Below, one piece after another: positions 16,865 to 25,755 of a stretch of 32,152 nt of DNA. The notes under the pieces were generated by a model. It had not been told where the DNA came from, did not search any database, and saw nothing but the letters and a program-made list of their open reading frames with translations. Each line of letters opens with the position of its first letter. The stretch's first letter is position 1. The position numbers and the translations under genes were made by a program. The stretch is from an uncultured archaeon (GTDB lineage Archaea; Aenigmatarchaeota; Aenigmatarchaeia; PWEA01; JAGHBM01): positions 7,482 through 39,633 of the forward strand of contig CAYYYO010000001.1 of NCBI GenBank assembly GCA_964476295.1. The letters run 5' to 3'.

Positions 16865-19129
16865 TTATTTTTTCTTCAATCTTTTTTCTATCTTGTGGAC
16901 GAGAAGCTTTGTTTTTATTGCAACCTCAGGATTCACTGAAATTGAATCTATTCCGCACTTGACAAGAAATTCTGTGAAGTCAGGGAAATAGCTCGGGGCT
17001 TCGCCACAAATTCCAACTTTCCTCCTGTACTTGTGGGCTGTCTTTATAAGCATTGCTATCATTCTTTTTACTGCCTCATTTCTCTCGTCAAACGTTCTTG
17101 CAAGCTTTTGGCTGTCCCTATCTATTCCAAGAGTTAGTTGAGTCAAGTCGTTGGAACCTATTGAAAACCCGTCAAAATATCTGGAGAACTGGTCTGCCAG
17201 AATTACATTGGACGGAATCTCGGCCATCACGTAAACCTGAAAGTTCTTACCCCTCTTCAATCCTTCACTTTCCATTATCTTCAAAACCCCTTTTGCCTCA
17301 CCAATAGTTCTGCAGAACGGTATCATTGGTATAACATTTGTGAGCTTCATTTCATTCCTTACTTTTTTTATGGCCCTGCACTCCAGACGGAAGGCCGGCT
17401 CGAACTCCGAAATGTAGCGGGATGCCCCCCTCCATCCTATCATTGGGTTGTTTTCCAATCCCTCGAATTCCTTTCCTCCCTTCAGACCGGCATACTCATT
17501 TGTCTTGAAGTCAGAAGTTCTCAGAATAACAGGTCTTGGATAAAAAGAGGCAGCTATTTTGGCTATACCGTCTGCCAATTTATCTACAAACTCCTTTGCT
17601 CTTCCCTGCTTTATCATGGCAAGCGGATGCTCACCTATGGATGTGATGATGAATTCTTCACGCGCAAGCCCCACGCCATCAACCGGGAGCTGACTCTGAA
17701 CAAAGGCCTTTTCAGGTATTCCCACGTTAACAAAAATCTGTGTTTTTGTCTTGGGTAATTTGCCTACATCTATTTTTCTTACTTCGTACTTCAGTTCTCC
17801 TTTCCATACCTTTCCCTTCTCTTCTGTACAGTCCACTGTAACGCTCTGCCCACTCTTCAAAACCTTTGTGGCATTTTCTGTTCCTATCACCGCAGGAATC
17901 CCGAGCTCTCTGGAAACAATGGCAGCATGACTTGTTCTTCCGCCCTTTTCTGTAACTATGGCTGAAGCTATTTTCATTACGGGCTCCCAGTCTGGGTCAG
18001 TCATTTCTGTTACAAGAACCTGGCCTGGTTTAAAATCGGATATATTTTTTACGGATTTTATTATGTTAACTTTTCCAGTTCCTATTTTTCTGCCTATGCT
18101 GTCGCCTTCTACCAGAACAACACTTCTTTCTTTGAGTGCATACTCTTCGAGAACTCTTGAAACTGAGTGAACTGTCTCCGGTCTTGCCTGAACTATGTAT
18201 AGCTTTCCATCAGTGTCCTTTGCCCATTCAACATCCATGGGTCTGCCGTAATGTTTTTCTATCTGCATGCAATAGTCTGCAAGTTGCAGGACCTCCTTAT
18301 CAGAAATGCAGAATTTTTTTCTCATGCTTTGCGGGACAACTTTGTGCTTTACTCCAGCAGGAGACCTTACTTCCATAACTTTTTTGCTTCCAAGCTTTTT
18401 GCTTATGATGGTTTTTGTTGCTTTGAGGACGTAAAAGGAATCGGGGTTTACTTTTCCCTGGACTATATAGTCTCCCAAGCCCCAGCTCCCGTTTATGAAA
18501 ACAAAGTTCCTGTTTCCTGAGTCAGGGTCTAAAGAGAACATCACCCCCGAACTCTTGGAGTGAACCAGCTTTTGCACAGCCACGGAAAGCTTGACACGGA
18601 AATGGTCAAAGCCCTTGTCTTCCCTGTAGGATATGGCCCGGTTTGTAAAGAGGGATGCCATACATTTTTTCACGGCATCGAGAATCTGCTTCTCACCTTT
18701 CATGTTAAGATAACTCTCCTGCTGCCCGGCAAAACTTGCATCAGCAAGGTCTTCCGCAGTGGCAGAGCTTCTGACAGCAACACTCTCTTCCTTTTTTCCA
18801 TACTGTTGAGAAAGTTTTTTGTAATGAGAAATTATATCTTTTTTCAAGTCCTCCGGGAATTCCCCTAACAGAATCAACTTTCTTACTTCTGCCCCTATCC
18901 TTTCAAGGTTTTTGAGATTTTTCTTGTCAAGCTTGGAAATCAGGGACTTTATCTTATCCTGAAGTTTGTTGTATCTTATGAAATAATCATATGCCTTTGT
19001 AGTTATGGCAAATCCGTTTGGAACAGGAACCTTTGTTTTACGCATGAGTTCTCCTAGGTTGGCATTTTTTCCCCCAACCATGGAAATGTCTTTTTTGGAA
19101 ATCTCCTTAAACCATAAAACATATTTCAT
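16865..19129 (-). CDS. ppsA: Phosphoenolpyruvate synthase (pyruvate, water dikinase)
   Basis: The N-terminal ATP-grasp region contains VGGKNANLGEL. The phosphohistidine swivel motif is GGRTSHAAIVSRELGIPAV. The C-terminal PEP-utilising domain contains FSIGSNDLTQL and VGICGEAPS. Confidence 0.95.
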   Translation of the reverse strand: MKYVLWFKEISKKDISMVGGKNANLGELMRKTKVPVPNGFAITTKAYDYFIRYNKLQDKIKSLISKLDKKNLKNLERIGAEVRKLILLGEFPEDLKKDIISHYKKLSQQYGKKEESVAVRSSATAEDLADASFAGQQESYLNMKGEKQILDAVKKCMASLFTNRAISYREDKGFDHFRVKLSVAVQKLVHSKSSGVMFSLDPDSGNRNFVFINGSWGLGDYIVQGKVNPDSFYVLKATKTIISKKLGSKKVMEVRSPAGVKHKVVPQSMRKKFCISDKEVLQLADYCMQIEKHYGRPMDVEWAKDTDGKLYIVQARPETVHSVSRVLEEYALKERSVVLVEGDSIGRKIGTGKVNIIKSVKNISDFKPGQVLVTEMTDPDWEPVMKIASAIVTEKGGRTSHAAIVSRELGIPAVIGTENATKVLKSGQSVTVDCTEEKGKVWKGELKYEVRKIDVGKLPKTKTQIFVNVGIPEKAFVQSQLPVDGVGLAREEFIITSIGEHPLAMIKQGRAKEFVDKLADGIAKIAASFYPRPVILRTSDFKTNEYAGLKGGKEFEGLENNPMIGWRGASRYISEFEPAFRLECRAIKKVRNEMKLTNVIPMIPFCRTIGEAKGVLKIMESEGLKRGKNFQVYVMAEIPSNVILADQFSRYFDGFSIGSNDLTQLTLGIDRDSQKLARTFDERNEAVKRMIAMLIKTAHKYRRKVGICGEAPSYFPDFTEFLVKCGIDSISVNPEVAIKTKLLVHKIEKRLKKK

Positions 19130-19161
19130 CAGAACACCTCAAATTATAAGAGTAGTTTCTC

Positions 19162-19176
19162 AATATAAATATTTTA
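19162..19176. promoter_or_regulatory. Near-palindromic AT block (AATATAAATATTTTA) in the 70-nt ppsA / phosphohexomutase divergent spacer; candidate shared TATA region
   Basis: It lies about 25-38 nt upstream of ATG 19200 (short or leaderless mRNA) and about 35-45 nt upstream of the ppsA ATG at 19129. The ppsA ATG has GAGGTG 5 nt upstream on the minus strand. This is a pattern only. Confidence 0.3.
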
Positions 19177-19199
19177 TTTGAAAAAACCGAAAATTAACT

Positions 19200-20516
19200 A
19201 TGAGTATTTTCAGGGCGTATGATATAAGAGGCAGATACCCCAGTGAAATAAACAAAGAAATTGCCTTTAAGATTGGTTCTGCTTTTGGGAAGTTTATCAA
19301 AGGTAAAAAAATTGTAGTGGGTTGCGATGCCAGAGAATCTTCTCCTGACTTAAAAGACGCTTTAATGTCTGGACTTTTTAGGACGGGAAAAGAAATCATT
19401 GACATAGGCCTATCAACAACTCCAATGTTTTATTTTGCTGCGAATCACCTCGATGCAGACGGTGGGGTGATGATTACGGCATCTCATTTAGGTCCAGAGT
19501 TCAACGGGCTGAAACTTGTTGAAAGCGGTGGCTTGTCTTTAACTTATGATACGGGTATAGGAACCATAGAAAAGATAGTTGAGAAAGAAAAATATGAACC
19601 AGAAAATTATGAAGTAACTAAGAAAGATGTGAAAGAGGACTATCTTAAATTCCTGATAAACAAGAGGATAAACATAAAAGGAAAAATTGTTGTGGATACA
19701 GGAAATGGCATGATAGGATTGGTTATCAAAGATGTTTTGAAAAGAATCGGGATTGATTACAAAGGACTTTATCTTGACGTAGACTGTTCATTCCCACACC
19801 ATGAAGCAAATCCAATCAAGGAAGAAACCCTGAAAGATTTGAAAGAAGTTGTGAAGAAAGAAAAGGCATTGTTCGGAATAGCATTCGATGGGGATGGAGA
19901 CAGGATTGGAATTGTAAATGAAATGGGCGAAGTTGTACCGGGAGATTTTTTAATTGCACTCATAGCAAAAAATATTTTGAAAAGAGGTCCTGCAAAGATT
20001 CTTTATGACCTCAGGTCAAGCAAGATAGTTCCGGAAGTTATAACGGGAATGGGGGGAACACCTGTTAAATCAAGGGTTGGCCACTCGTTCATAAGCAGGA
20101 GGATGAAAGAAGAAGATATAGAATTTGGCGGCGAGCTTTCCGGACACTTCTACTTCAAAAAAACATTTTATGTAGAATCTTCCATTCTTGCTTTAATCAA
20201 CATTCTTGAGTTAGTTTCGGGAACAGGGAAAAAATTATCAGAACTTGTTAAACCTTTGGAGAAGTACTATAAATCAGGGGAGATAAACTTTGAAGTAAAT
20301 AACAAAGAAAGAAAACTTAAAGAGATTGAAAGGGTCTATAGAGAGAAAGGAGCCAAAATAGAAAAAATAGATGGCATTACTGTAGAATTTGAAAATTGGT
20401 GGTTTAACCTGAGACCATCCAACACAGAAGACTTGATTAGGTTGAATCTTGAGGCAAAGACAAAGGAATTGATGGAAGAAAAATTGGAAGAAGTTGAAAA
20501 AATTATAAAGGCGTGA
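19200..20516 (+). CDS. Phosphohexomutase (phosphomannomutase / phosphoglucomutase / phosphoglucosamine mutase family)
   Basis: All four family signatures are present: the phosphoserine loop ITASHLGPEFNGLK, the metal loop AFDGDGDRIGI, the sugar loop GGELSGHF and the phosphate loop RPSNTEDLIRL. Substrate specificity cannot be read from the sequence by eye. Confidence 0.9.
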   Translation: MSIFRAYDIRGRYPSEINKEIAFKIGSAFGKFIKGKKIVVGCDARESSPDLKDALMSGLFRTGKEIIDIGLSTTPMFYFAANHLDADGGVMITASHLGPEFNGLKLVESGGLSLTYDTGIGTIEKIVEKEKYEPENYEVTKKDVKEDYLKFLINKRINIKGKIVVDTGNGMIGLVIKDVLKRIGIDYKGLYLDVDCSFPHHEANPIKEETLKDLKEVVKKEKALFGIAFDGDGDRIGIVNEMGEVVPGDFLIALIAKNILKRGPAKILYDLRSSKIVPEVITGMGGTPVKSRVGHSFISRRMKEEDIEFGGELSGHFYFKKTFYVESSILALINILELVSGTGKKLSELVKPLEKYYKSGEINFEVNNKERKLKEIERVYREKGAKIEKIDGITVEFENWWFNLRPSNTEDLIRLNLEAKTKELMEEKLEEVEKIIKA

Positions 20517-20518
20517 AT

Positions 20519-21559
20519 ATGATAACTGAAATAAAAAATATTTCAAAAAAATTGCCAAAAAAGGAAAAGGAGATTTTTAACAGAATTTTCAGAGTTTATG
20601 TTGGAGAAGGATTTTTAAAATATCCAGAAAGCATGGAAAAGTGGATTAAAGAAAGGTGGAAACCGGAAGATGTGAAAAAACAGAAGATAGTAAGAATCGA
20701 AAACAAAATAACCGGAGAAAGTTCGCTCTTCAATGAACTCAGGTCGAACAGGCCGGTAAAAAATTATGATAAAATAGAAAAAGTAAAACCATCGAAAGAC
20801 TGCCCATTTTGCAATGCAGAGAAACTTACGCCGGAAGACACCTTTGGAAGAGTGAGGGGAAAATATTGCGTAACAGCAAGCAATGTAGCAAAGTATGACT
20901 ATTTGCATGGTCTTGTGATTTTCAATAGGCATAACCCCTATTCTTTCGAAAGGGAAAGGGTTTCTGATTATCTTGATGTTGCCATGAAATGGTTCAGAAA
21001 AGCCCATGAAGAAAACGAAAGAGCAACCTATCCATACATAATGTGGAACTGCATGTGGAGGGCAGGAGCAAGCTTGGACCATGGCCATCTTCAGGTTCTG
21101 CTTAATTCAAAAAAGTATGAAAAGGCGAGGAAGTTAGAAAGTGCGGGAAAAAAATACAAGAAAAAATATGGAAATGCGTACTGGGATGACCTTTACAGAG
21201 TTAGCAAAAAACTTGGGATCGGACTTGAATTAAAAGATGTAAAGGTCTTTGAATCTTTAACGCCGTTCAGAGATAAAGAAACTGTGATTTATGGAAAATC
21301 ATTAAACAAAAATTTCAAAGATGTTGTTTCCCTTGTTCTTAAATCGTTTTACAAAATAGGAGTCAGGAGTTTTAATATGTTTTTTTATCTTCCGCCATTG
21401 AACGAAAAGGGCTGTGTGATTGTAAAGCTTGTTGACAGGGGAAATTTAGCGCACAAGAATTCAGATGTGGGAGCTATGGAAATATTTGCAACCCCTGTGA
21501 TAAACGATGATCCATTCAAGGTTGCAAAAAAGCTAAAAAAATTATTTTTTGGATTCTAG
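20519..21559 (+). CDS. GalT-like nucleotidyltransferase/phosphorylase (HIT superfamily branch III, galactose-1-phosphate uridylyltransferase family)
   Basis: The order of blocks parallels E. coli GalT as I recall it: LRSNRPV (GalT RAKRPW), the zinc motif CPFC, GLVIFNRHNP, and the active site GASLDHGHLQV (GalT HPHGQ, an HxHxQ motif). A second half-domain follows (FNMFFYLPP...GAMEIF). The length of about 346 aa is similar to GalT. The ORF track opens at GTG 20513, overlapping the upstream stop. Confidence 0.72.
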   Translation: MITEIKNISKKLPKKEKEIFNRIFRVYVGEGFLKYPESMEKWIKERWKPEDVKKQKIVRIENKITGESSLFNELRSNRPVKNYDKIEKVKPSKDCPFCNAEKLTPEDTFGRVRGKYCVTASNVAKYDYLHGLVIFNRHNPYSFERERVSDYLDVAMKWFRKAHEENERATYPYIMWNCMWRAGASLDHGHLQVLLNSKKYEKARKLESAGKKYKKKYGNAYWDDLYRVSKKLGIGLELKDVKVFESLTPFRDKETVIYGKSLNKNFKDVVSLVLKSFYKIGVRSFNMFFYLPPLNEKGCVIVKLVDRGNLAHKNSDVGAMEIFATPVINDDPFKVAKKLKKLFFGF

Positions 21560-21696
21560 TTTCAGCTTGCCCATCATTTTATCTTCAGGAAACTCATCCT
21601 TTGGGAAATCTTCTATATTCATCTCTAAATCTAACCTTTTGAGTTTGGGCTCTTTTTCCATCCTACCTTAGATAGTTGGTTTTCGGAATTTAAAAA

Positions 21697-24504
21697 TTAT
21701 GTCCAGAACCGTTTTGTGCGTGCAAATGCCCTTTCTGCTTCCAAGATGTCCCTCAGAAAATCTTCATCATTTTCCCTTTGCTTGGCCAGGATTCTTATTG
21801 CAGTGTCTGGTCCAACCCCTCTTCCGGCAAGTGCTACCACAACTTTTTTTCCATAAGTTAAAACCAGGTCAGCTATGCTTTCCATTCTTTCAAGCTTTTT
21901 CTTTTCTTCCTCTGTAAGTTTTTTTCCTTCAATGTTTTTCTTTATTATTTTTTCTTTTTCCTTTTCGTGTGGCTTTATGACTGTTATCAATCTCGAGCCG
22001 CAGACAGGGCACTCTGGGTCGTCTCTTATCATTTTCACGGTTTCAGTTACTGAATATTTTCCGCACTTCATGCAAACAAGTCTTACCCTTGTGGAAAGCA
22101 ACCTGTCCTTGAAAACAGAGAAGATTTCCCTTTCCGGCTTCTTGGGTGCAACAAGTTCTCGGAACTGGTATTCAACTCCAAGCTTTCCTATGGGAGAAAT
22201 TCCCGGTTTTTTATCCACAACAACTTTCAATTTTTTGTTTTTGATTTTTTTGAATACCTCCTTGGCACCTTCCATGTCAAGCTTTTCCTGATAAACCTCT
22301 CTGAGGGTTTCATCAAATACAGGTGTCCCGCGAAAGCTGTCTACAATCTTTCCTATGTTTATTTTATCCCATTTGGCTGTTTTGGATATCGCGCCAAAAC
22401 GCTTGGCAACGTGGATGAATCTCCAGCGAAACATCTGTGTCCTGTCAATGGTGTTTTCTATCACTATTTCAAAATCTTCATCTGTATTCTCGTTTACTGT
22501 CTTGAGAATTTCATCTACTGAAACGCCCTGGATTATTATTCTGTATGGGTCGTTTTTTATGCCAACGCTTTTCCCAAGTTCTGAAATTAAAAGGGCAGAA
22601 AAGAACCTGCTCAGTGTCTGATTTATCAGGGAACCGAAGCATGAATGTATTACAACAAAATCCTTGTCATGTTCTATGAAAATTGTTTTATCATCCGGCA
22701 CAGGTTTTTTTGCCTTGACCTGCTTTCGAACATAATCTGTTATTTTTTCACATGCCTCTGGAGATATTGGATATCTTTTTCTTATTTCTTCTGTTATATT
22801 CTTCTTTTTGCCTAACATTTCTTTTATAAAACGTCTCATCTCTCCAACTTCTTGTGCTATCTCTCTTGTTACAGGGATAAGTTCGCCTTCCCACGCAGGT
22901 ACAGCAGAGGTTATGTCGTCAACTGGCTCCACGTAAACTCTTCCGCCATAAACAGAAATTATTCTCCACGGGCTACCTCTCACTATGAAAGTTGTTCCGG
23001 TTTCGCCATGCTCTGCAACAAAGGCCTCATCCAGAACTCCCACTTCCTTGTTGTCTATATTGTCTATAACCCTGTACTGGTAAACATCCGGTATTGTAGA
23101 CAGGTTTTCATAGTAATATCTCCACGCCTTTCGTCTCCTTCTTATTCCAACATCAAGGTATATCATTCTCATAAGTTCCGCGAATTTCATTATTTTCAAA
23201 AATTCTGACTTGTCAAGATCTCTGTAGGGATATGGTTTGCTTAACAATTCGTATGCATCCTTCCAGTTTATGTTATATCTGTCCAAAGCCAGGCCGATCA
23301 ATTGGTGTGAAAGGACGTCAAGCGCCATTTCATGAAACTTAGTTTTTTCAAGTTCTCCTCCCATGGCCCTTCTAGCTATCACCCCTGCCTCCAGGATGTC
23401 ATCTGGGTCTGATGCTATTATTATTCCTTTGCTCTTTGTTCCAATTTTATGACCACTCCTGCCAACTCTTTGGACAAGCTTTGAAACCTGCCTTGGGCTC
23501 ATGTACTGTATAACCTGCTCCACAGTTCCTATATCTATCCCCAATTCCAGGGATGAAGTGCATATAAGGGTGTTCAACTTGCCATTTTTGAACATATCCT
23601 CTGCATGTATTCTCACGTCTTTGCTCAAAGAACTGTGGTGTATGCCATGACCTTCGTACTCCAACCTTCTCAATCTCGAGGATAGAACCTCTGCAGCCTC
23701 CCTTGTGTTAGTAAAAACAAGAGATTTTTTGTTTTTCACAAGTTCATGAATTTTTCTTAATCTGGCAGCAGCCTCAGTGCCGAGAAATATTTTTTCTGCA
23801 AGTTCCTTGTCCTCTTTTTTTGGTTCTGGAAAAATGACTTCTATTTCTAAATCCTTTGCGGTGGTTGTTTTGACTATATCAACATCTTTGTCAAGAAAAT
23901 TTGCAACCTTCTTCGGTGAACCGACTGTAGCCGAGAGACCGATTATTTGAAAGTTTTTAGAAAGCTGCCTTAACCTTTCCAAGGCCACGCTGAGCTGGGT
24001 TCCTCTCTTGCTTCCAACAAGCTCATGAATCTCATCTATTACAACCCATTTTATATTCGAAAGGTTCTTCTTCATTTTTGAACCCGGAAGAATGGCTTGG
24101 AGAGTTTCTGGAGTGGATATAAGAAGGTCGGGAGGGAATTCTGCCTGTTTGCTCCTCTCGTACTGGGTTGTATCTCCATGCCTTACAGAAACGTCCATAT
24201 CAAGTTTGTTTCCCCACCAGATTAAACGCTTAAACATGTCCCTGTTCAGTGAGCGAAGTGGACAAATGTAGAGAATTGATATAGGATCTGGCTTTTCCTT
24301 CAGCCAGAGGGAGAACAGCGGGAGCATTACCGCCTCTGTTTTTCCCCAGCCGGTTCCCGCTATGACAAGAACATTCCTGCCCTCAAGAATTTTTGGGACG
24401 GCCATATTCTGAACCTGAGTGGCCTTCTCAAACCTTTCCTTGGCTAGGGTTTTTACCTTGGGGTGAAGGACATCAAAAACATCTTTTTTTTCTTTTTTCG
24501 CCAT
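21697..24504 (-). CDS. lhr: Lhr-type large superfamily-2 DExH helicase with C-terminal zinc ribbon
   Basis: Motif I is AGTGWGKTEA, motif II is VIDEIHEL (DEIH) and motif III is LSATVGS. Also present are FTNTREAAE, TSSLELGIDIG and motif VI QRVGRSGH. The long C-terminal extension contains CMKCGKYS...CPVCGS and an HhH-like GRGVGPDTAIRIL. Confidence 0.88.
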   Translation of the reverse strand: MAKKEKKDVFDVLHPKVKTLAKERFEKATQVQNMAVPKILEGRNVLVIAGTGWGKTEAVMLPLFSLWLKEKPDPISILYICPLRSLNRDMFKRLIWWGNKLDMDVSVRHGDTTQYERSKQAEFPPDLLISTPETLQAILPGSKMKKNLSNIKWVVIDEIHELVGSKRGTQLSVALERLRQLSKNFQIIGLSATVGSPKKVANFLDKDVDIVKTTTAKDLEIEVIFPEPKKEDKELAEKIFLGTEAAARLRKIHELVKNKKSLVFTNTREAAEVLSSRLRRLEYEGHGIHHSSLSKDVRIHAEDMFKNGKLNTLICTSSLELGIDIGTVEQVIQYMSPRQVSKLVQRVGRSGHKIGTKSKGIIIASDPDDILEAGVIARRAMGGELEKTKFHEMALDVLSHQLIGLALDRYNINWKDAYELLSKPYPYRDLDKSEFLKIMKFAELMRMIYLDVGIRRRRKAWRYYYENLSTIPDVYQYRVIDNIDNKEVGVLDEAFVAEHGETGTTFIVRGSPWRIISVYGGRVYVEPVDDITSAVPAWEGELIPVTREIAQEVGEMRRFIKEMLGKKKNITEEIRKRYPISPEACEKITDYVRKQVKAKKPVPDDKTIFIEHDKDFVVIHSCFGSLINQTLSRFFSALLISELGKSVGIKNDPYRIIIQGVSVDEILKTVNENTDEDFEIVIENTIDRTQMFRWRFIHVAKRFGAISKTAKWDKINIGKIVDSFRGTPVFDETLREVYQEKLDMEGAKEVFKKIKNKKLKVVVDKKPGISPIGKLGVEYQFRELVAPKKPEREIFSVFKDRLLSTRVRLVCMKCGKYSVTETVKMIRDDPECPVCGSRLITVIKPHEKEKEKIIKKNIEGKKLTEEEKKKLERMESIADLVLTYGKKVVVALAGRGVGPDTAIRILAKQRENDEDFLRDILEAERAFARTKRFWT

Positions 24505-24518
24505 TAAACCACCAAAAA

Positions 24519-24533
24519 TATAACACTGTTATA
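24519..24533. promoter_or_regulatory. Perfect palindrome TATAACA-C-TGTTATA in the lhr / deaminase divergent control region (TATA box and/or operator)
   Basis: The half-sites at 24519-24525 and 24527-24533 are exact reverse complements. The element lies 15-29 nt upstream of the lhr ATG (24504). Confidence 0.35.
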
Positions 24534-24605
24534 CTTTTTTACATAATTTTATCCAAAAGTATATAGAATATATAGAAATAAAAAATTAATCACCCGTTTA
24601 TTCTT

Positions 24606-25085
24606 ATGAGCATGGAATACATTGAAATGTGCCTTGAGCTTGCAGACAATTCCACATGCGGGAAGAAAAAATACGGTTCTGTAATTGTTAAAAATGGTGA
24701 AATAATAGGAAAGGGATACAACCATCCCATACGTGAGGTAGAAGAAGAGCTTTGTCATCCGTGCATCAGAGAAAAAATAAACAGTGGCACTCGTCTCGAG
24801 GCATGTGCTGCAGTTCACGCTGAACAGGCAGCAATAATTGATTCTTACAAAAACAAGAAGGATCCAGAAGGAGCTGCGCTGTATGTTGCAGGAAAAAATG
24901 CAGATGGAGAAACTATGGTGCTGGATGAGAAGGGATTTTACTGCTCATTCTGTTCAAGAATCATGGCCGAAGCTGGGATAAAAGAGGTTGGTGTATTGAC
25001 AAAAAACGGTGTAGAATATCTGAACAGAAAGGAGTATCTGAATTCTTCTTTTGAATTTGCTCTGGAGAAGAAAACAGTTAAATGA
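24606..25085 (+). CDS. dCMP deaminase / cytidine-deoxycytidylate deaminase family zinc enzyme
   Basis: The zinc and catalytic motifs are VHAEQAAI (HAE) and YCSFCSRIMAEAGI (CxxC). The N-terminal STCGKKKYGSVIVKNGEIIGKGYN is typical of ComEB/Dcd-type deaminases. Confidence 0.85.
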   Translation: MSMEYIEMCLELADNSTCGKKKYGSVIVKNGEIIGKGYNHPIREVEEELCHPCIREKINSGTRLEACAAVHAEQAAIIDSYKNKKDPEGAALYVAGKNADGETMVLDEKGFYCSFCSRIMAEAGIKEVGVLTKNGVEYLNRKEYLNSSFEFALEKKTVK

Positions 25086-25116
25086 GTTGACTTTAAAAAT
25101 AATTTTGTGTATAACA

Positions 25117-25755
25117 ATGAAACAAAAAATAGAAAAACTTATCGATTTTCTTGAAAGGAGATACGGTTATCCCAAAATGGCCCGGAATCATTTCAAGCTG
25201 CTCATAACTACTGTTCTTTCACAGCGTACCCGGGATGAGAACACATGGCTCGCTTCCAGGCAACTTTTTTCAGTAGCAAAAACTCCTGAGGACATATCCA
25301 AACTTCCGCTGAGGAAGATAGAAAAACTCATAAGACCTTCTGGGACATACAGGCAAAAGGCCAAGCGAATAAAAGAAATATCAAAAATACTCCTTGAGAA
25401 GTATAACAGCCGCGTGCCGGAGACTAGAGAAGAGCTGATGAAACTGCCGGGAGTCGGATATAAAACTGCAGACATAGTCCTTTCCTATGGCTTTGGGGTG
25501 CCCACGATAGCAGTTGACACGCATGTAAACAGGATACCAAAAAGAATTGGAATAGTAAATGAAAACGCTACTGTAGAAGAAGTGAGAAAGAAACTGGAAA
25601 GTTTAGTTAAGGGAAAGAAAAGGTTTCTTGTAAATATGGGCCTTGTCAGGTTTGGGCAGGAAATATGCAGACCCGTGAAACCCAGATGCAAAGAATGTCC
25701 TTTAAATAAAATTTGCGATTATTATAAAAGAGGTGGTGTGGATGAGAAGGGGTGA
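25117..25755 (+). CDS. nth: Endonuclease III (HhH-GPD DNA glycosylase/AP lyase with 4Fe-4S cluster)
   Basis: [16 protein letters not shown] is present, the HhH motif is [21 protein letters not shown] follows, and the FeS loop is [17 protein letters not shown] (C-x6-C-x2-C-x5-C). I chose ATG 25117 (MKQKIEKL...). The longer track ORF from 25051 overlaps the deaminase gene. Confidence 0.92.
   Translation: MKQKIEKLIDFLERRYGYPKMARNHFKLLITTVLSQRTRDENTWLASRQLFSVAKTPEDISKLPLRKIEKLIRPSGTYRQKAKRIKEISKILLEKYNSRVPETREELMKLPGVGYKTADIVLSYGFGVPTIAVDTHVNRIPKRIGIVNENATVEEVRKKLESLVKGKKRFLVNMGLVRFGQEICRPVKPRCKECPLNKICDYYKRGGVDEKG

Noticed and set aside
14470-19129. Checked polB and ppsA for inteins or insertions. 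Elsewhere in the window, cdc48 and lhr were checked the same way.
   Set aside because: All have canonical lengths, and their catalytic motifs are uninterrupted. No Cys/Ser-...-HN-Cys/Ser/Thr splice-junction blocks were seen.
21542-21661. 39-codon minus-strand ORF downstream of lhr (MEKEPKLKRLDLEMNIEDFPKDEFPEDKMMGKLKLESKK) in the 137-nt lhr/GalT-like convergent gap
   Set aside because: It overlaps the GalT-like 3' end by 18 nt. The only purine-rich block (AGGTAGG) abuts the ATG with no spacer. The product has no motif. It is plausible as a small acidic protein but is unsupported without conservation data.
25051-25116. N-terminal extension of nth (track ORF starts at 25051). The analogous extension of the small membrane ORF runs from 26808 to 26894.
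   Set aside because: Both extensions overlap the preceding gene (the deaminase and metK respectively) and add non-homologous residues. The internal ATGs at 25117 and 26895 give products that start where the recognisable protein begins.
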